NCBI GenBank assembly: GCA_002269645.1
Contig: NIVC01000808.1
Coordinates: 124,001-188,000, forward strand
DNA length: 64,000 bases
Direction of reading: 5' to 3'
From: Macrostomum lignano
Lineage: Eukaryota
Positions 23,985-36,479 of this stretch are shown one piece after another. The notes beneath the pieces were generated by a model. That model did not search any database and was not told the DNA's origin. It saw only the letters and a list, made by a program, of their open reading frames with translations. Numbering within the stretch: the first letter of the stretch is position 1; every line of letters begins with the position of its first letter. A program made the position numbers and the translations under genes.

Positions 23985-26900
23985 AATTAATAGATTCACA
24001 GGTGTAAGATTCTGAAATAAATAGATTCTCAGGTGTGAGATTCTCAAATGAATAGATTCTCATGTGTGAGATTCTCAAATAAATAGATTCTCAGGTGTGA
24101 GATTCTCAAATGAATAGATTTGTAGGTGTGAGATTCTCAAATGAATAGATTCTTAGGTGTGAGATTCTCAAATGAATAGATTCTCAGGTTTGAGATTCTC
24201 AAATAAATAGATTCACAGGTGTAAGATTCTGAAACAAATAGATTCTCAGGTGTGAGATTCTCAAATGAATAGATTCTCAGGTGTGAGATTCTCAAATGAA
24301 TAGATTCTCAAGTGTGAGATTCTCAAATGAATAGATTCTCAGGTGTGAGATTCTCAAATGAATAGATTCTCAGGTTTGAGATTCTCAAATGAATAGATTT
24401 GTAGGTGTGAGATTCTCAAATGAATAGATTCACAGGTGTAAGATTCTGAAATAAATAGATTCTCAGGTGTGAGATTCTCAAATGAATAGATTCTCAGGTG
24501 TGAGATTCTCAAATGAATAGATTCTCAAGTGTGAGATTCTCAAATGAATAGATTCTCAGGTGTGAGATTCTCAAATGAATAGATTCTCAGGTGTGAGATT
24601 CTCAAATGAATAGATTCTCAGGTGTGAGATTCTCAAATGAATAGATTCTCAGGTGTGAGATTCTCAAATGAATAGATTCTCAGGTGTGAGATTCTCAAAT
24701 GAATAGATTCTTAGGTGTGAGATTCTCAAATGAATAGATTCTCAAGTGTGAGATTCTCAAATGAATAGATTCTCAGGTGTGAGATTCTCAAATGAATAGA
24801 TTCTCAGGTGTGAGATTCTCAAATGAATAGATTCTCAGGTGTGAGATTCTCAAATGAATAGATTCTTAGGTGTGAGATTCTCTAATGAATAGATTCTCAG
24901 GTTTGAGATTCTCAAATGAATAGATTCTCAGGTGTGAGATTCTCAAATGAATAGATTCTCAGGTGTGAGATTCTCAAATGAATAGATTCTCAAGTGTGAG
25001 ATTCTCAAATGAATAGATTCTCAGGTGTGAGATTCTCAAATGAATAGATTCACAGGTGTAAGATTCTGAAATAAATAGATTCTCAGGTGTGAGATTCTCA
25101 AATGAATAGATTCACAGGTGTAAGATTCTGAAATAAATAGATTCACAGGTGTAAGATTCTGAAATAAATAGATTCTCAGGTGTGAGTTTCTCAAATGAAT
25201 AGATTTGTAGGTGTGATGTTGTCATATGAGAATGGATTCTTAGGTGTGAGATTCTCAAATAAATAGATTCTCAGGTGTGAGATTCTCAAATGAATAGATT
25301 CTCAGGTGAGAGATTCTCAAATGAATAGATTCTCAGGTGAGAGATTCTCAAATGAATAGATTCTCAGGTTTGAGATTCTCAAATGAATAGATTCTCATGT
25401 GTGAGATTCTCTAATGAATAGATATTCTCATGTGTGAGATTCTCAAATGAATAGATTCTCAGGTGTGAGATTCTCAAATGAATAGATTCTCAGGTGTGTG
25501 ATTCTCAAATGAATAGATTCTCAGGTGTGAGATTCTCAAATGAATAGATTCTCATGTGTGAGATTCTCAAATGAATAGATTCTCAGGTTTGAGATTCTCA
25601 AATGAATAGATTCTCAGGTGTGTGATTCTCAAATGAATAGATTCTCAGGTTTGAGATTCTCAAATGAATAGATTCTCAGGTGTGAGATTCTCAAATGAAT
25701 AGATTTGTAGGTGTGAGATTCTCAAATGAATAGATTCTCAAGTGTGAGATTCTCAAATGAATAGATTCTCAGGTGTGAGATTCTCAAATGAATAGATTCA
25801 CAGGTGTAAGATTCTGAAATAAATAGATTCTCAGGTGTGAGATTCTCAAATGAATAGATTCACAGGTGTAAGATTCTGAAATAAATAGATTCACAGGTGT
25901 AAGATTCTGAAATAAATAGATTCTCAGGTGTGAGTTTCTCAAATGAATAGATTTGTAGGTGTGATGTTGTCATATGAGAATGGATTCTTAGGTGTGAGAT
26001 TCTCAAATAAATAGATTCTCAGGTGTGAGATTCTCAAATGAATAGATTCTCAGGTGAGAGATTCTCAAATGAATAGATTCTCAGGTGAGAGATTCTCAAA
26101 TGAATAGATTCTCAGGTTTGAGATTCTCAAATGAATAGATTCTCATGTGTGAGATTCTCTAATGAATAGATATTCTCATGTGTGAGATTCTCAAATGAAT
26201 AGATTCTCAGGTGTGTGATTCTCAAATGAATAGATTCTCAGGTGTGAGATTCTCAAATGAATAGATTCTCATGTGTGAGATTCTCAAATGAATAGATTCT
26301 CAGGTTTGAGATTCTCAAATGAATAGATTCTCAGGTGTGTGATTCTCAAATGAATAGATTCTCAGGTTTGAGATTCTCAAATGAATAGATTCTCAGGTGT
26401 GAGATTCTCAAATGAATAGATTCTCAGGTGTGAGATTCTCAAATGAATAGATTCTCATGTGTGAGATTCTCAAATGAATAGATTCTCAGGTTTGAGATTC
26501 TCAAATGAATAGATTCTCAGGTGTGTGATTCTCAAATGAATAGATTCTCAGGTGTGTGATTCTCAAATGAATAGATTTGTAGGTGTGAGATTCTCAAATG
26601 AATAGATTCTCAGGTGTGAGATTCTTAAATGAATAGATTCTCATGTGTGAGATTCTCAAATGAATAGATTCTCATGTGTGAGATTCTCAAATGAATAGAT
26701 TCTCAGGTGTGAGATTCTCAAATGAATAGATTCTCAGGTGTGAGATTCTCAAATGAATAGATTCTCATGTGTGAGATTCTCAAATGAATAGATTCTCAGG
26801 TTTGAGATTCTCAAATGAATAGATTCTCAGGTGTGAGATTCTCTAATGAATAGATTCTCAGGTTTGAGATTCTCAAATGAATAGATTCTCAGGTGTGAGA

Positions 26901-27950
26901 TTCTCAAATGAATAGATTCTCAGGTGTGAGATTCTCTAATGAATAGATTCTTAGGTTTGAGATTCTCAAATGAATAGATTCTCAGGTGTGAGATTCTCAA
27001 ATGAATAGATTCTCAGGTGTGAGATTCTCAAATGAATAGATTCTCAGGTTTGAGATTCTTAAATGAATAGATTCTCAGGTGTGAGATTCTCAAATGAATA
27101 GATTCTCAGGTGTGAGATTCTCTAATGAATAGATTCTCAGGTTTGAGATTCTCAAATGAATAGATTCTCAGGTGTGAGATTCTCAAATGAATAGATTCTC
27201 AAGTGTGAGATTCTCAAATGAATAGATTCTCATGTGAGAGATTCTCTAATGAATAGATTCTCAGGTTTGAGATTCTTAAATGAATAGATTCTCAGGTTTG
27301 AGATTCTCAAATGAATAGATTCTCATGTGTGAGATTCTCTAATGAATAGATTCTTAGGTGTGAGATTCTCAAATGAATAGATTCTCGGGTTTGAGATTCT
27401 CAAATGAATAGATTCTCAGGTGTGAGATTCTCTAATGAATAGATTCTCAGGTTTGAGATTCTCAAATGAATAGATTCTCAGGTGTGAGATTCTCAAATGA
27501 ATAGATTCTCAGGTGTGAGATTCTCTAATGAATAGATTCTTAGGTTTGAGATTCTCAAATGAATAGATTCTCAGGTGTGAGATTCTCAAATGAATAGATT
27601 CTCAGGTGTGAGATTCTCAAATGAATAGATTCTCAGGTTTGAGATTCTTAAATGAATAGATTCTCAGGTGTGAGATTCTCAAATGAATAGATTCTCAGGT
27701 GTGAGATTCTCTAATGAATAGATTCTCAGGTTTGAGATTCTCAAATGAATAGATTCTCAGGTGTGAGATTCTCAAATGAATAGATTCTCAGGTGTGAGAT
27801 TCTCTAATGAATAGATTCTTAGGTTTGAGATTCTCAAATGAATAGATTCTCAGGTGTGAGATTCTCAAATGAATAGATTCTCAGGTGTGAGATTCTCAAA
27901 TGAATAGATTCTCAGGTTTGAGATTCTTAAATGAATAGATTCTCAGGTGT
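23985..27950. repeat. 31-bp satellite AGATTCTCAGGTGTGAGATTCTCAAATGAAT
   Basis: About 125 copies over ~4 kb, with an internal ~750-bp block duplication (a marker variant at 25211 recurs at 25959). Confidence 0.97.
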
Positions 27951-28479
27951 GCAAACAGAATTAATATTGATAAAATTTTAAAGCAAAAATTTACGGGTGC
28001 GAGTAACTCGGCACTCCTCCTTTTCTAGTTCTGCCGCAACAGAGACTGTCCGCTGCTGAGAGTTCCAGGCAGTTTACGGAGGCAATTTAAGCAACTCCAT
28101 AAGAATGGCTTATTTCGTCAATGCAAATATTGGCTAGCTAGCTTTAGCTGTTAAGCCCATCGTCTGCATTGGGCCAGTCATATTTAACCAGCGGGACCCA
28201 AGCAGACCACTCTGGTGTACGTGGCTGTTTGCTGAAGCTGCCTTACCCGCTGCTGCAGAATGCACACCGACCTGTGTGGTAAGAAATTTGTTCGACCGGC
28301 AATTTAGGATGGCTAAACAGAGGGATGAATCGATTCTCTTGAACACTCTTCTCTCCCTGACTGCCCGGTTCAGTCCGTGCAGCCGCTGAAGCTGCACTTT
28401 GCGCTTGTAGGAAAGTTTTGCTGTTGAAGCAGAAGCAGGAAGTGTGGTGAGTATTTCTGCTTCATAGTTTAATTCACAG

Positions 28480-28955
28480 TTGAATCTGATTTAGCATGGA
28501 ATTCCATCTGGTTTGGGTTCCATTTAGCATGGAAACCATCTGGTTTGGGTTCCATTTAGCATGGAATTCAACTGATTTGGGTTCCATTTAGCATGGAATT
28601 CAACTGATTTGGGTTCCATTTAGCATGGAATTCAACTGATTTGGGTTCCATTTAGCATGGAATTCAACTGATTTGGGTTCCATTTAGCATGGAATTCAAC
28701 TGATTTGGGTTCCATTTAGCATGGAATTCAACTGATTTGGGTTCCATTTAGCATGGAAACCATCTGATTTGGGTTCCATTTAGCATGGAATTCAACTGAT
28801 TTGGGTTCCATTTAGCATGGAAACCATCTGATTTGGGTTCCATTTAGCATGGAAATCATCTGATTTGGGTTCCATTTAGTATGGAAACCATTTGATTTGG
28901 GTTCCATTTAGCATGGAAATCATCTGATTTGGGTTCCATTTAGTATGGAAGCCAT
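28480..28955. repeat. 32-bp minisatellite TTGGGTTCCATTTAGCATGGAATTCAACTGAT
   Basis: About 14 copies; each unit holds the inverted repeat TTCCAT-N5-ATGGAA. Confidence 0.95.
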
Positions 28956-29328
28956 TTTAATTGTAAGGTGTAATGTCTTAGTTTTTTCGTATTTCAAGAA
29001 TTTGAACGTCTGGCAATATCACCATGTCAAAGCTCATAAGCTGAAACGTTGAATTCTTAAAAAATTAACAGAATGAGTTTGAAATAAAAATATTTTGAAT
29101 TTAAGGTTGTAAGAGTCGATAAGGACACTGTACTGAGCATCTTGTACTTGTATTGCTACTAATTTTAAGTTCTTTTATGATGCAACATTTATTTCTGACA
29201 ATTCAACAGTCATCGAATGTGGGACAGAACAGACGGCTTTGATTTATGATTTTCTGCTCATCACTATTTTATCCATCTATTATTTAATTTAGCATGCCTA
29301 ATTGGTCGCACGACGGTTTAATGATAAT

Positions 29329-29985
29329 TAGGCTAATTAGTCAGGTGTGAGGGTACCGTAGCCTAATTAGTCAGGTGTGAGGGTACCGTAGCCTAATTAG
29401 TCAGGTGTGAGGATACCGTAGCCTAATTAGTCAGGTGTGAGGATAGCGTAGCCTAATTAGTCAGGTGTGAGGGTACCGTAGCCTAATTAGTCAGGTGTGA
29501 GGATAGCGTAGCCTAATTAGTCAGGTGTGAGGGTACCGTAGCCTAATTAGTCAGGTGTGAGGATACCGTAGCCTAATTAGTCAGGTGTGAGGATAGCGTA
29601 GCCTAATTAGTCAGGTGTGAGGGTACCGTAGCCTAATTAGTCAGGTGTGAGGATACCGTAGCCTAATTAGTCAGGTGTGAGGATACCGTAGCCTAATTAG
29701 TCAGGTGTGAGGATAGCGTAGCCTAATTAGTCAGGTGTGAGGGGACCGTAGCCTAATTAGTCAGGTGTGAGGATAGCGTAGCCTAATTAGTCAGGTGTGA
29801 GGGGACCGTAGCCTAATTAGTCAGGTGTGAGGATAGCGTAGCCTAATTAGTCAGGTGTGAGGGTACCGTAGCCTAATTAGTCAGGTGTGAGGATAGCGTA
29901 GCCTAATTAGTCAGGTGTGAGGGTACCGTAGCCTAATTAGTCAGTTGTGAATGTACCGTAGCCTACTTAGTCAGGTGTGAGGATA
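29329..29985. repeat. 30-bp minisatellite GCCTAATTAGTCAGGTGTGAGGGTACCGTA
   Basis: About 21 copies. Confidence 0.95.
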
Positions 29986-30070
29986 CGAAATGCCATAGTG
30001 GCTGCCTTGGCATAAACCGTAACCAATAAGGAACCACACAATGCGCTGCTACAATCCATAAATCAATAAA

Positions 30071-30749
30071 TCAATTCATCCGCGCCCCGCCCCGCCTGCG
30101 CAGGCTCAGCCGGCTGAGCAGGCTGGCCGTCCGGCCTCGCTGTCGCCGCTGCTCCTGGCTCTGCCTCGCCATGCTGGCGAAAGCGTCGCTATCGGGCAGA
30201 GTCGGCGTCGCCGTCGGTGGCTGCGCCGGAAGACTGGCTCGCTGGTCGTCGATCCTGGCGGCCTGGTGCTTGGCCAGCATGTCGAAGAATGCCTCGGCTG
30301 ATTCGTCTTGACTGACGCCCGCGCCTGCGGCCTCCATTGGCAACAGCGGCGGACTGGCTCGCTGATCGTCCATGCGGCGGCCCTGACACCGGCTGACGAG
30401 GTCCCAGAATGCGGCCTGCTGGCGTCGAGAGACTTCGTCGACGTCGTCGTCGTCGTCGTCGTCGTTGTAGTTGTCGGCGGCCTCCTTGCCAGCTGCTGCA
30501 GTCGGTCGGCCGCTTCTCTGCCGGCTGTCCTTGCCACTGTGTCCGGCTGCGCCAAGGGATGCCCGCCTGCTGCTGCTCTGGGCTGCCGCCGGTGCCGGCC
30601 CGGATGTGTCGTCGTAATCGACATCAGCGTCGTTTGGACGGCGCAGCAGGCGGCGCAGGTCAACCAGGCTGAGCTTGGCGCTCTCCGCTCCGGCGCGGTC
30701 TCCGAGCTGCTCGCACAGGTGTTGGCGCCTCTTGGCGAAATGCGCGGCT
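30071..30749 (-). CDS. GPSM2: GPSM last exon: final TPR, acidic linker, two GoLoco motifs
   Basis: Acceptor cccag|A at 30750/30749. GoLoco motifs FWDLVSRCQGRRMDDQR and FFDMLAKHQAARIDDQR. Stop at 30073-30071. Confidence 0.9.
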
Positions 30750-30906
30750 CTGGGATGATTGAGAGATGGTTGGGAGCTGGGGATGCCAGTCAGTAAGAGT
30801 CTCAAAATGTTGCTTTGGACGAACCCATACGCTTGTATACTTTGCGGTAAAACTACCTGACTGATTAGTAACCCGAGTAATTGGACAAGTTCTGTGTGTA
30901 CTTTAT

Positions 30907-31135
30907 TTGAACTCATTGGATTGCAGCTGAACTCATTGGATTGCAGCTGAACTCAATGGATTGCAGCTGAACTCATTGGATTGCAGCTGAACTCAATGGA
31001 TTGCAGCTGAACTCATTGGATTGCAGCTGAACTCATTGGATTGCAGCTGAACTCATTGGATTGCAGCTGAACTCATTGGATTGCAGCTGAACTCATTGGA
31101 TTGCAGCTGAACTCATTGGATTGCAGCTGAACTCC
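30907..31135. repeat. 20-bp minisatellite CTGAACTCATTGGATTGCAG in GPSM intron 3
   Basis: About 11 copies. Confidence 0.95.
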
Positions 31136-31238
31136 TCGTCTTTCTTTTCCCATTGTTGGCACCTACCGGAATGCATAAAAATTAAACTCAAACTACACTA
31201 CTAACTGAGGACAGTAGTATAAGTGGCAAAGCGCTCAC

Positions 31239-31870
31239 CTGGCATAGTCGCCCAGACTACTGAAAGCGTTGCACAGCGACAGGCAGGCCTGGCTGGCTCC
31301 CAGTTTGTCTCCAAGCCCGTCTGCAATGTCCAGATGGCGCTCGTGATTCGCCACCGCTGCGGGATAGTCTCGCAATAGAGTCCGCGCGTTGCCTAGCAAC
31401 CAGCAGGCCTGAGCCTCTGAAGCTGGCTGGTCGGGCGCGGCCCGGGCCAACTGCAGGCAGAGCTCGAACTGCTGGGCCGCGGCTGCCAGGTCGCCTAAGA
31501 CAACGCTGGCGTTGCCGAGATCGCGACGGGCGAGCAGCTCTGTTTCGACGTCGCCAGTTGCTATGGCAACGGCCAGACGCTCGGAGTGGCAGTCGGCGGC
31601 GGCGCGATGCTCGCCAAGCAGGTGTCTGGCGCTGCCCAGGCGGGCGCAGGCGCGGGCCACGCCGCGCTGATCGCCGAGCTGACGGCACAGCGCCAGGGCC
31701 TGGCTGTAGTGCTCGGCCGACTGCGCCAGAAAGCGACAGCGCAACGAGCTGACCGAAGCCGAAGTCGCAGCTGGCGACAAAGACGAAGGGAGCAGGTCGG
31801 GTCCGCCCTGCTGCTTGGCCTGGGCGTAGCGCAGGGCTCCCAGGCTGGAGTGTGCGTGGCTTTGAGCGAC
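31239..31870 (-). CDS. GPSM2: GPSM exon 3 (TPR array)
   Basis: Acceptor cgcag|GTC at 31871/31870. Encodes LGDQRGVARACARLGSARHLLG and SEAQACWLLGNARTLLRDYPAAVANHERHL, matching GPSM TPRs. Donor AG|gtgagc at 31239/31238. Confidence 0.9.
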
Positions 31871-32004
31871 CTGCGTGCGAGAAAACAGTTGTTTCCCTTA
31901 GGGTCAGGGTTTTATCTGTGGCGAGCAGCTCAGCCGTCTGACATCTTTGCTGAACAGCATTTTGACAAGGGACACGTTTTGGTTAAGGGACTCTGATCAG
32001 AGAC

Positions 32005-34790
32005 AAATAGGTAACAGACAATTCAGTAACAGACAGTTCAGTAACAGACAATTCAGTAACAGACAGTTCAGTAACAGACAATTCAGTAACAGACAATTCA
32101 GTAACAGACAGTTCAGTAACAGACAATTCAGTAACAGACAGTTCAGTAACAGACAATTCAGTAACAGACAATTCAGTAACAGACAGTTCAGTAACAGACA
32201 ATTCAGTAACAGACAATTCAGTAACAGACAATTCAGTAACAGACAATTCGGTAACAGACAAATCAGTTAACGGACAATTCAGTAACAGACAATTCAGTAA
32301 CAGACAATTCGGTAACAGACAAATCAGTTAACGGACAATTCGGTAACAGACAATTCAGATAACAGACAATTCAGTAACAGACAATTCAGTAACAGACAAT
32401 TCAGTAACAGACAATTCGGTAACAGACAAATCAGTTAACGGACAATTCAGTAACAGACAATTCAGTAACAGACAATTCAGATAACAGACAATTCGGTAAC
32501 AGACAGTTCAGTAACAGACAATTCAGTAACAGACAGTTCAGTAACAGACAATTCAGTAACAGACAATTCAGATAACAGACAATTCAGTAAGAGACAATTC
32601 AGTTAACGGACAATTCAGTAACAGACAATTAAGTTAACAGACAATTCAGTAACAGACAATTCAGTTAACAGACAATTCAGTAACAGACAATTCAGTAACA
32701 GACAATTCAGTAACAGACAATTCAGATAACAGACAATTCAGTAACATACAATTCAGTAACATACAATTCAGTAACAGACAATTCAGTAACAGACAATTCA
32801 GTAACAGACAATTCAGTAACATACAATTCAGTAACATACAATTCAGTAACAGACAATTCAGTAACAGACAATTCAGGTAACAGACAATTCGGTAACAGAC
32901 AATTAAGTTAACGGACAATTCAGTAACAGACAATTCAGTAACAGACAGTTCAGTAACAGACAATTCAGTAACAGACAATTCAGTAACAGACAGTTCAGTA
33001 ACAGACAGTTCAGTAACAGACAGTTCAGTAACAGACAATTCAGTAACAGACAATTCAGATAACAGACAATTCAGTAACAGACAATTCAGATAACAGACAA
33101 TTCAGATAACAGACAATTCAGTAACAGACAGTTCGGTAACAGACAATTCAGATAACAGACAATTCAGTAACAGACAGTTCGGTAACAGACAATTCAGATA
33201 ACAGACAATTCAGTAACAGACAGTTCGGTAACAGACAATTCAGTAACAGACAATTCAGATAACAGACAATTCAGTAACAGACAGTTCGGTAACAGACAAT
33301 TCAGTAACAGACAATTCAGATAACAGACAATCCAGTAACAGACAATTCGGTAACAGACAGTTCAGCAACAGACAATTAGTAACAGACAGTTCAGTAACAG
33401 ACAATTCAGTAACAGACAATTCAGATAACAGATAATTCAGTAACAGACAATTCAGATAACAGACAATTCAGATAACAGACAATTCAGTAACAGACAGTTC
33501 GGTAACAGACAATTCAGATAACAGACAATTCAGTAACAGACAGTTCGGTAACAGACAATTCAGATAACAGACAATTCAGTAACAGACAGTTCGGTAACAG
33601 ACAATTCAGATAACAGACAATTCAGTAACAGACAATTCAGTAACAGACAATTAAGTTAACGGACAATTCAGTAACAGACAATTCAGTAACAGACAGTTCA
33701 GTAACAGACAATTCAGTAACAGACAATTCAGATAACAGACAATTCAGTAACAGACAGTTCGGTAACAGACAATTCAGTAACAGACAATTCAGATAACAGA
33801 CAATTCAGTAACAGACAGTTCGGTAACAGACAATTCAGATAACAGACAATCCAGTAACAGACAATTCGGTAACAGACAGTTCAGCAACAGACAATTCAGT
33901 AACAGACAGTTCAGTAACAGACAATTCAGTAACAGACAATTCAGATAACAGACAATTCAGTAACAGACAGTTCGGTAACAGACAATTCAGATAACAGACA
34001 ATTCAGTAACAGACAGTTCGGTAACAGACAATTCAGATAACAGACAATTCAGTAACAGACAATTAGTAACAGACAATTCAGTAACAGACAATTCAGATAA
34101 CAGACAATTCAGATAACAGACAATTCAGTAACAGACAGTTCGGTAACAGACAATTCAGATAACAGACAATTCAGTAACAGACAGTTCGGTAACAGACAAT
34201 TCAGATAACAGACAATTCAGTAACAGACAATTCAGTAACAGACAATTCGGTAACAGACAGTTCTGTAACAGACAATTTAGTTAACGGACAATTCAGTAAC
34301 AGACAATTCAGTAACAGACAATTCAGATAACAGAAAATTCAGTAACAGACAATTCAGATAACAGACAATTCAGATAACAGACAATTCAGATAGCAGACAA
34401 TTCGGTAACAGACAATTCAGATAACAGACAATTCGGTTACAGACAATTCAGATAACAGACAATTCGGTAACAGACAATTCGGTAACAGACATTTCGGTAA
34501 CAGACAATTCGGTAACAGACAATTCGGTAACAGACAATTCGGTAACAGACAATTCGGTAACAGACAACTTTCGGTAACAGAAAATTCGGTAACAAACCAT
34601 TCGGTAACAGACGATTCAGTAACAGACAATTCGGTAACAGACAATTCGGTAACAGACAATTCGGTAACAGACAATTCGGTAACAGACAACTTTCGGTAAC
34701 AGAAAATTCGGTAACAAACCATTCGGTAACAGACGATTCAGTAACAGACAATTCAGTAACAGACAATTCGGAAACAGACAATTCGGTAAC
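32005..34790. repeat. 15/16-bp satellite CAGTAACAGACAATT (variants CGGTAAC, CAGATAAC) in GPSM intron 2
   Basis: About 180 copies; source of the spurious TELSV and NRQFS ORFs. Confidence 0.97.
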
Positions 34791-35324
34791 ACGCGATTCT
34801 GTAGCAGAAAATCTTCGCCAAGAAGGAAGTTAACGATTAAGCAAAAGACATTTTTGGAAACAGCCAGCTCATAAACTACTGAAAAAGATTTCGAAATTAA
34901 CAGTCACGTCTTTGACGACAGCACCTGATGAATGCAGTCCTCCTGATCCCTATACTTAATCCGCTAAAGGAGGCATCCATCATCACAGTCAAGAGCAGCC
35001 AAGCAACCCAGCAGGATCCCGCGCTGATCCTCTCAGACTCAGACTAAAGGCTGATGCGCTTCTCTTTTTTCTTCCTCTCCGTCTCCCTGTCGATCTTTGA
35101 TGCAATTTGCATAATGTGCCAGGCGCAGCAAGCCAAGTGCAGCCGCGTCAGTCTATATCATAGCTGTAAATGCGAATCTATGGGCCCCCGTCCTCCGCAG
35201 GGCCCGGCTTGGCCCCTCTCGGGTCATGGCTGTTTTGCCAGGCATCGTTACCTCCAGGGAAAAATCTGTAGCAATGAATGCCCTTTACTCAGAACAGGCT
35301 CACCTAGCTCGGCCCGTGTTGCAG

Positions 35325-35716
35325 AATCTATGGTGAGGAATCTTTGGTGAGGAATCTTTTGGTAAAGAATCTATGGTAAGGAGTCTATGGTAAAGAGTCC
35401 ATGGTAAGGAGTCTATGGTAAGGAGTCCATGGTAAGGAGTCTATGGTAAGGAGTCTATGGTAAGGAGTCTATGGTAAGGAGTCTATGGTAAAGAGTCCAT
35501 GGTAAGGAGTCTGTGGTAAGGAGTCTATGGTAAGGAGTCTATGGTAAGGAGTCTATGGTAAGGAGTCTATGGTAAGGAGTCTTTGGTAAGGAGTCTATGG
35601 TAAGGAGTTTATGGTAAGGAGTCTATGGTAAGGAGTCTATGGTAAGGAGTCTATGGTAAGGAGTCTATGGTAAGGAATCTCTTGGTAAAGAATCTCTTGG
35701 TAAAGAATCTATGGTG
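35325..35716. repeat. 14-bp minisatellite GGTAAGGAGTCTAT
   Basis: About 26 copies. Confidence 0.92.
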
Positions 35717-35763
35717 ATTTTTCAAATCTTTTCAAAATTTCAAATCTTGGTATTTTTCAATCC

Positions 35764-35960
35764 AAAGTCCTGGCCATCACCCAATGTGCTTTGTAACTCT
35801 GACAAATTTCCGCTCAATCGGTTACAGAATGTTTCAAAAGCTTGCAAAGCGAAGCGATCCTCAAAACGAGGATCAACCTGATCTGGACACCAGCTGGCCA
35901 CAGCGACATCCTCGGCAACGAGCTGGTGGATCAACTCAACAAACGAGGCAGCACACCGGG
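35764..35960 (+). mobile_element. Decayed RNase H fragment of a non-LTR retrotransposon (RNase-H-bearing LINE)
   Basis: The frame from 35764 reads KVLAITQCAL*L*QISAQSVTECFKSLQ...INLIWTPAGHSDILGNELVDQLNKRGS, resembling WVPGHxGIxGNExADxLAKxG, with stops. Confidence 0.65.
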
Positions 35961-36479
35961 CAGAGCGCACCGCTTGGTCAGGTCAGTCAACCGCGCCATT
36001 CACTGATGGCTGAGCTGACGGCTGCTCCAAATATCATCAGCAAACGCGAGCTGCTGGCGAGGGCTGGGCGCAGCCCCAAGGCAAACGCCTGTAATGTTTT
36101 GGTGCCTGCGTCTGTGTGTCAACTGTTGATATGCATTTAGACACAGAAATTTAATTGATTATCCTTAAAATGCAAAAGCATCCAATTAATTCGCATTTCT
36201 GCCCGTCTCCAAAGCAAACAGAGAGAGACAGAAAAATCGGAGTTAATTATGCCAGCTAAAACGCCATCACCAGAGCATGCAGTTTAGAGGCCTCTGTCAA
36301 GTGCGAAAAGCAGGCATCTCAGCCATTTTAGGAATTAATCTGTCACAGTTAAAATCTTGGTATTATTGACTCAAAAATCGCGCACTCAATAATCAATTAG
36401 TCGGTCTAGAGCAGCTGTATATTAACAGAAAACTTTCTCTTATTTCTGCAACAATCTCTTCTGGAAGCAGCAGATCGAC

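Noticed and set aside
8770-29985. 30-40-bp repeats with dyad symmetry that resemble CRISPR arrays
   Set aside because: The units are directly adjacent with no unique spacers, there are no cas genes, and the context is eukaryotic.
31947-34781. TELSV and NRQFS repeat proteins
   Set aside because: A 15-bp period gives in-frame pentapeptides by arithmetic, and the frame is broken repeatedly by 16-bp variants.
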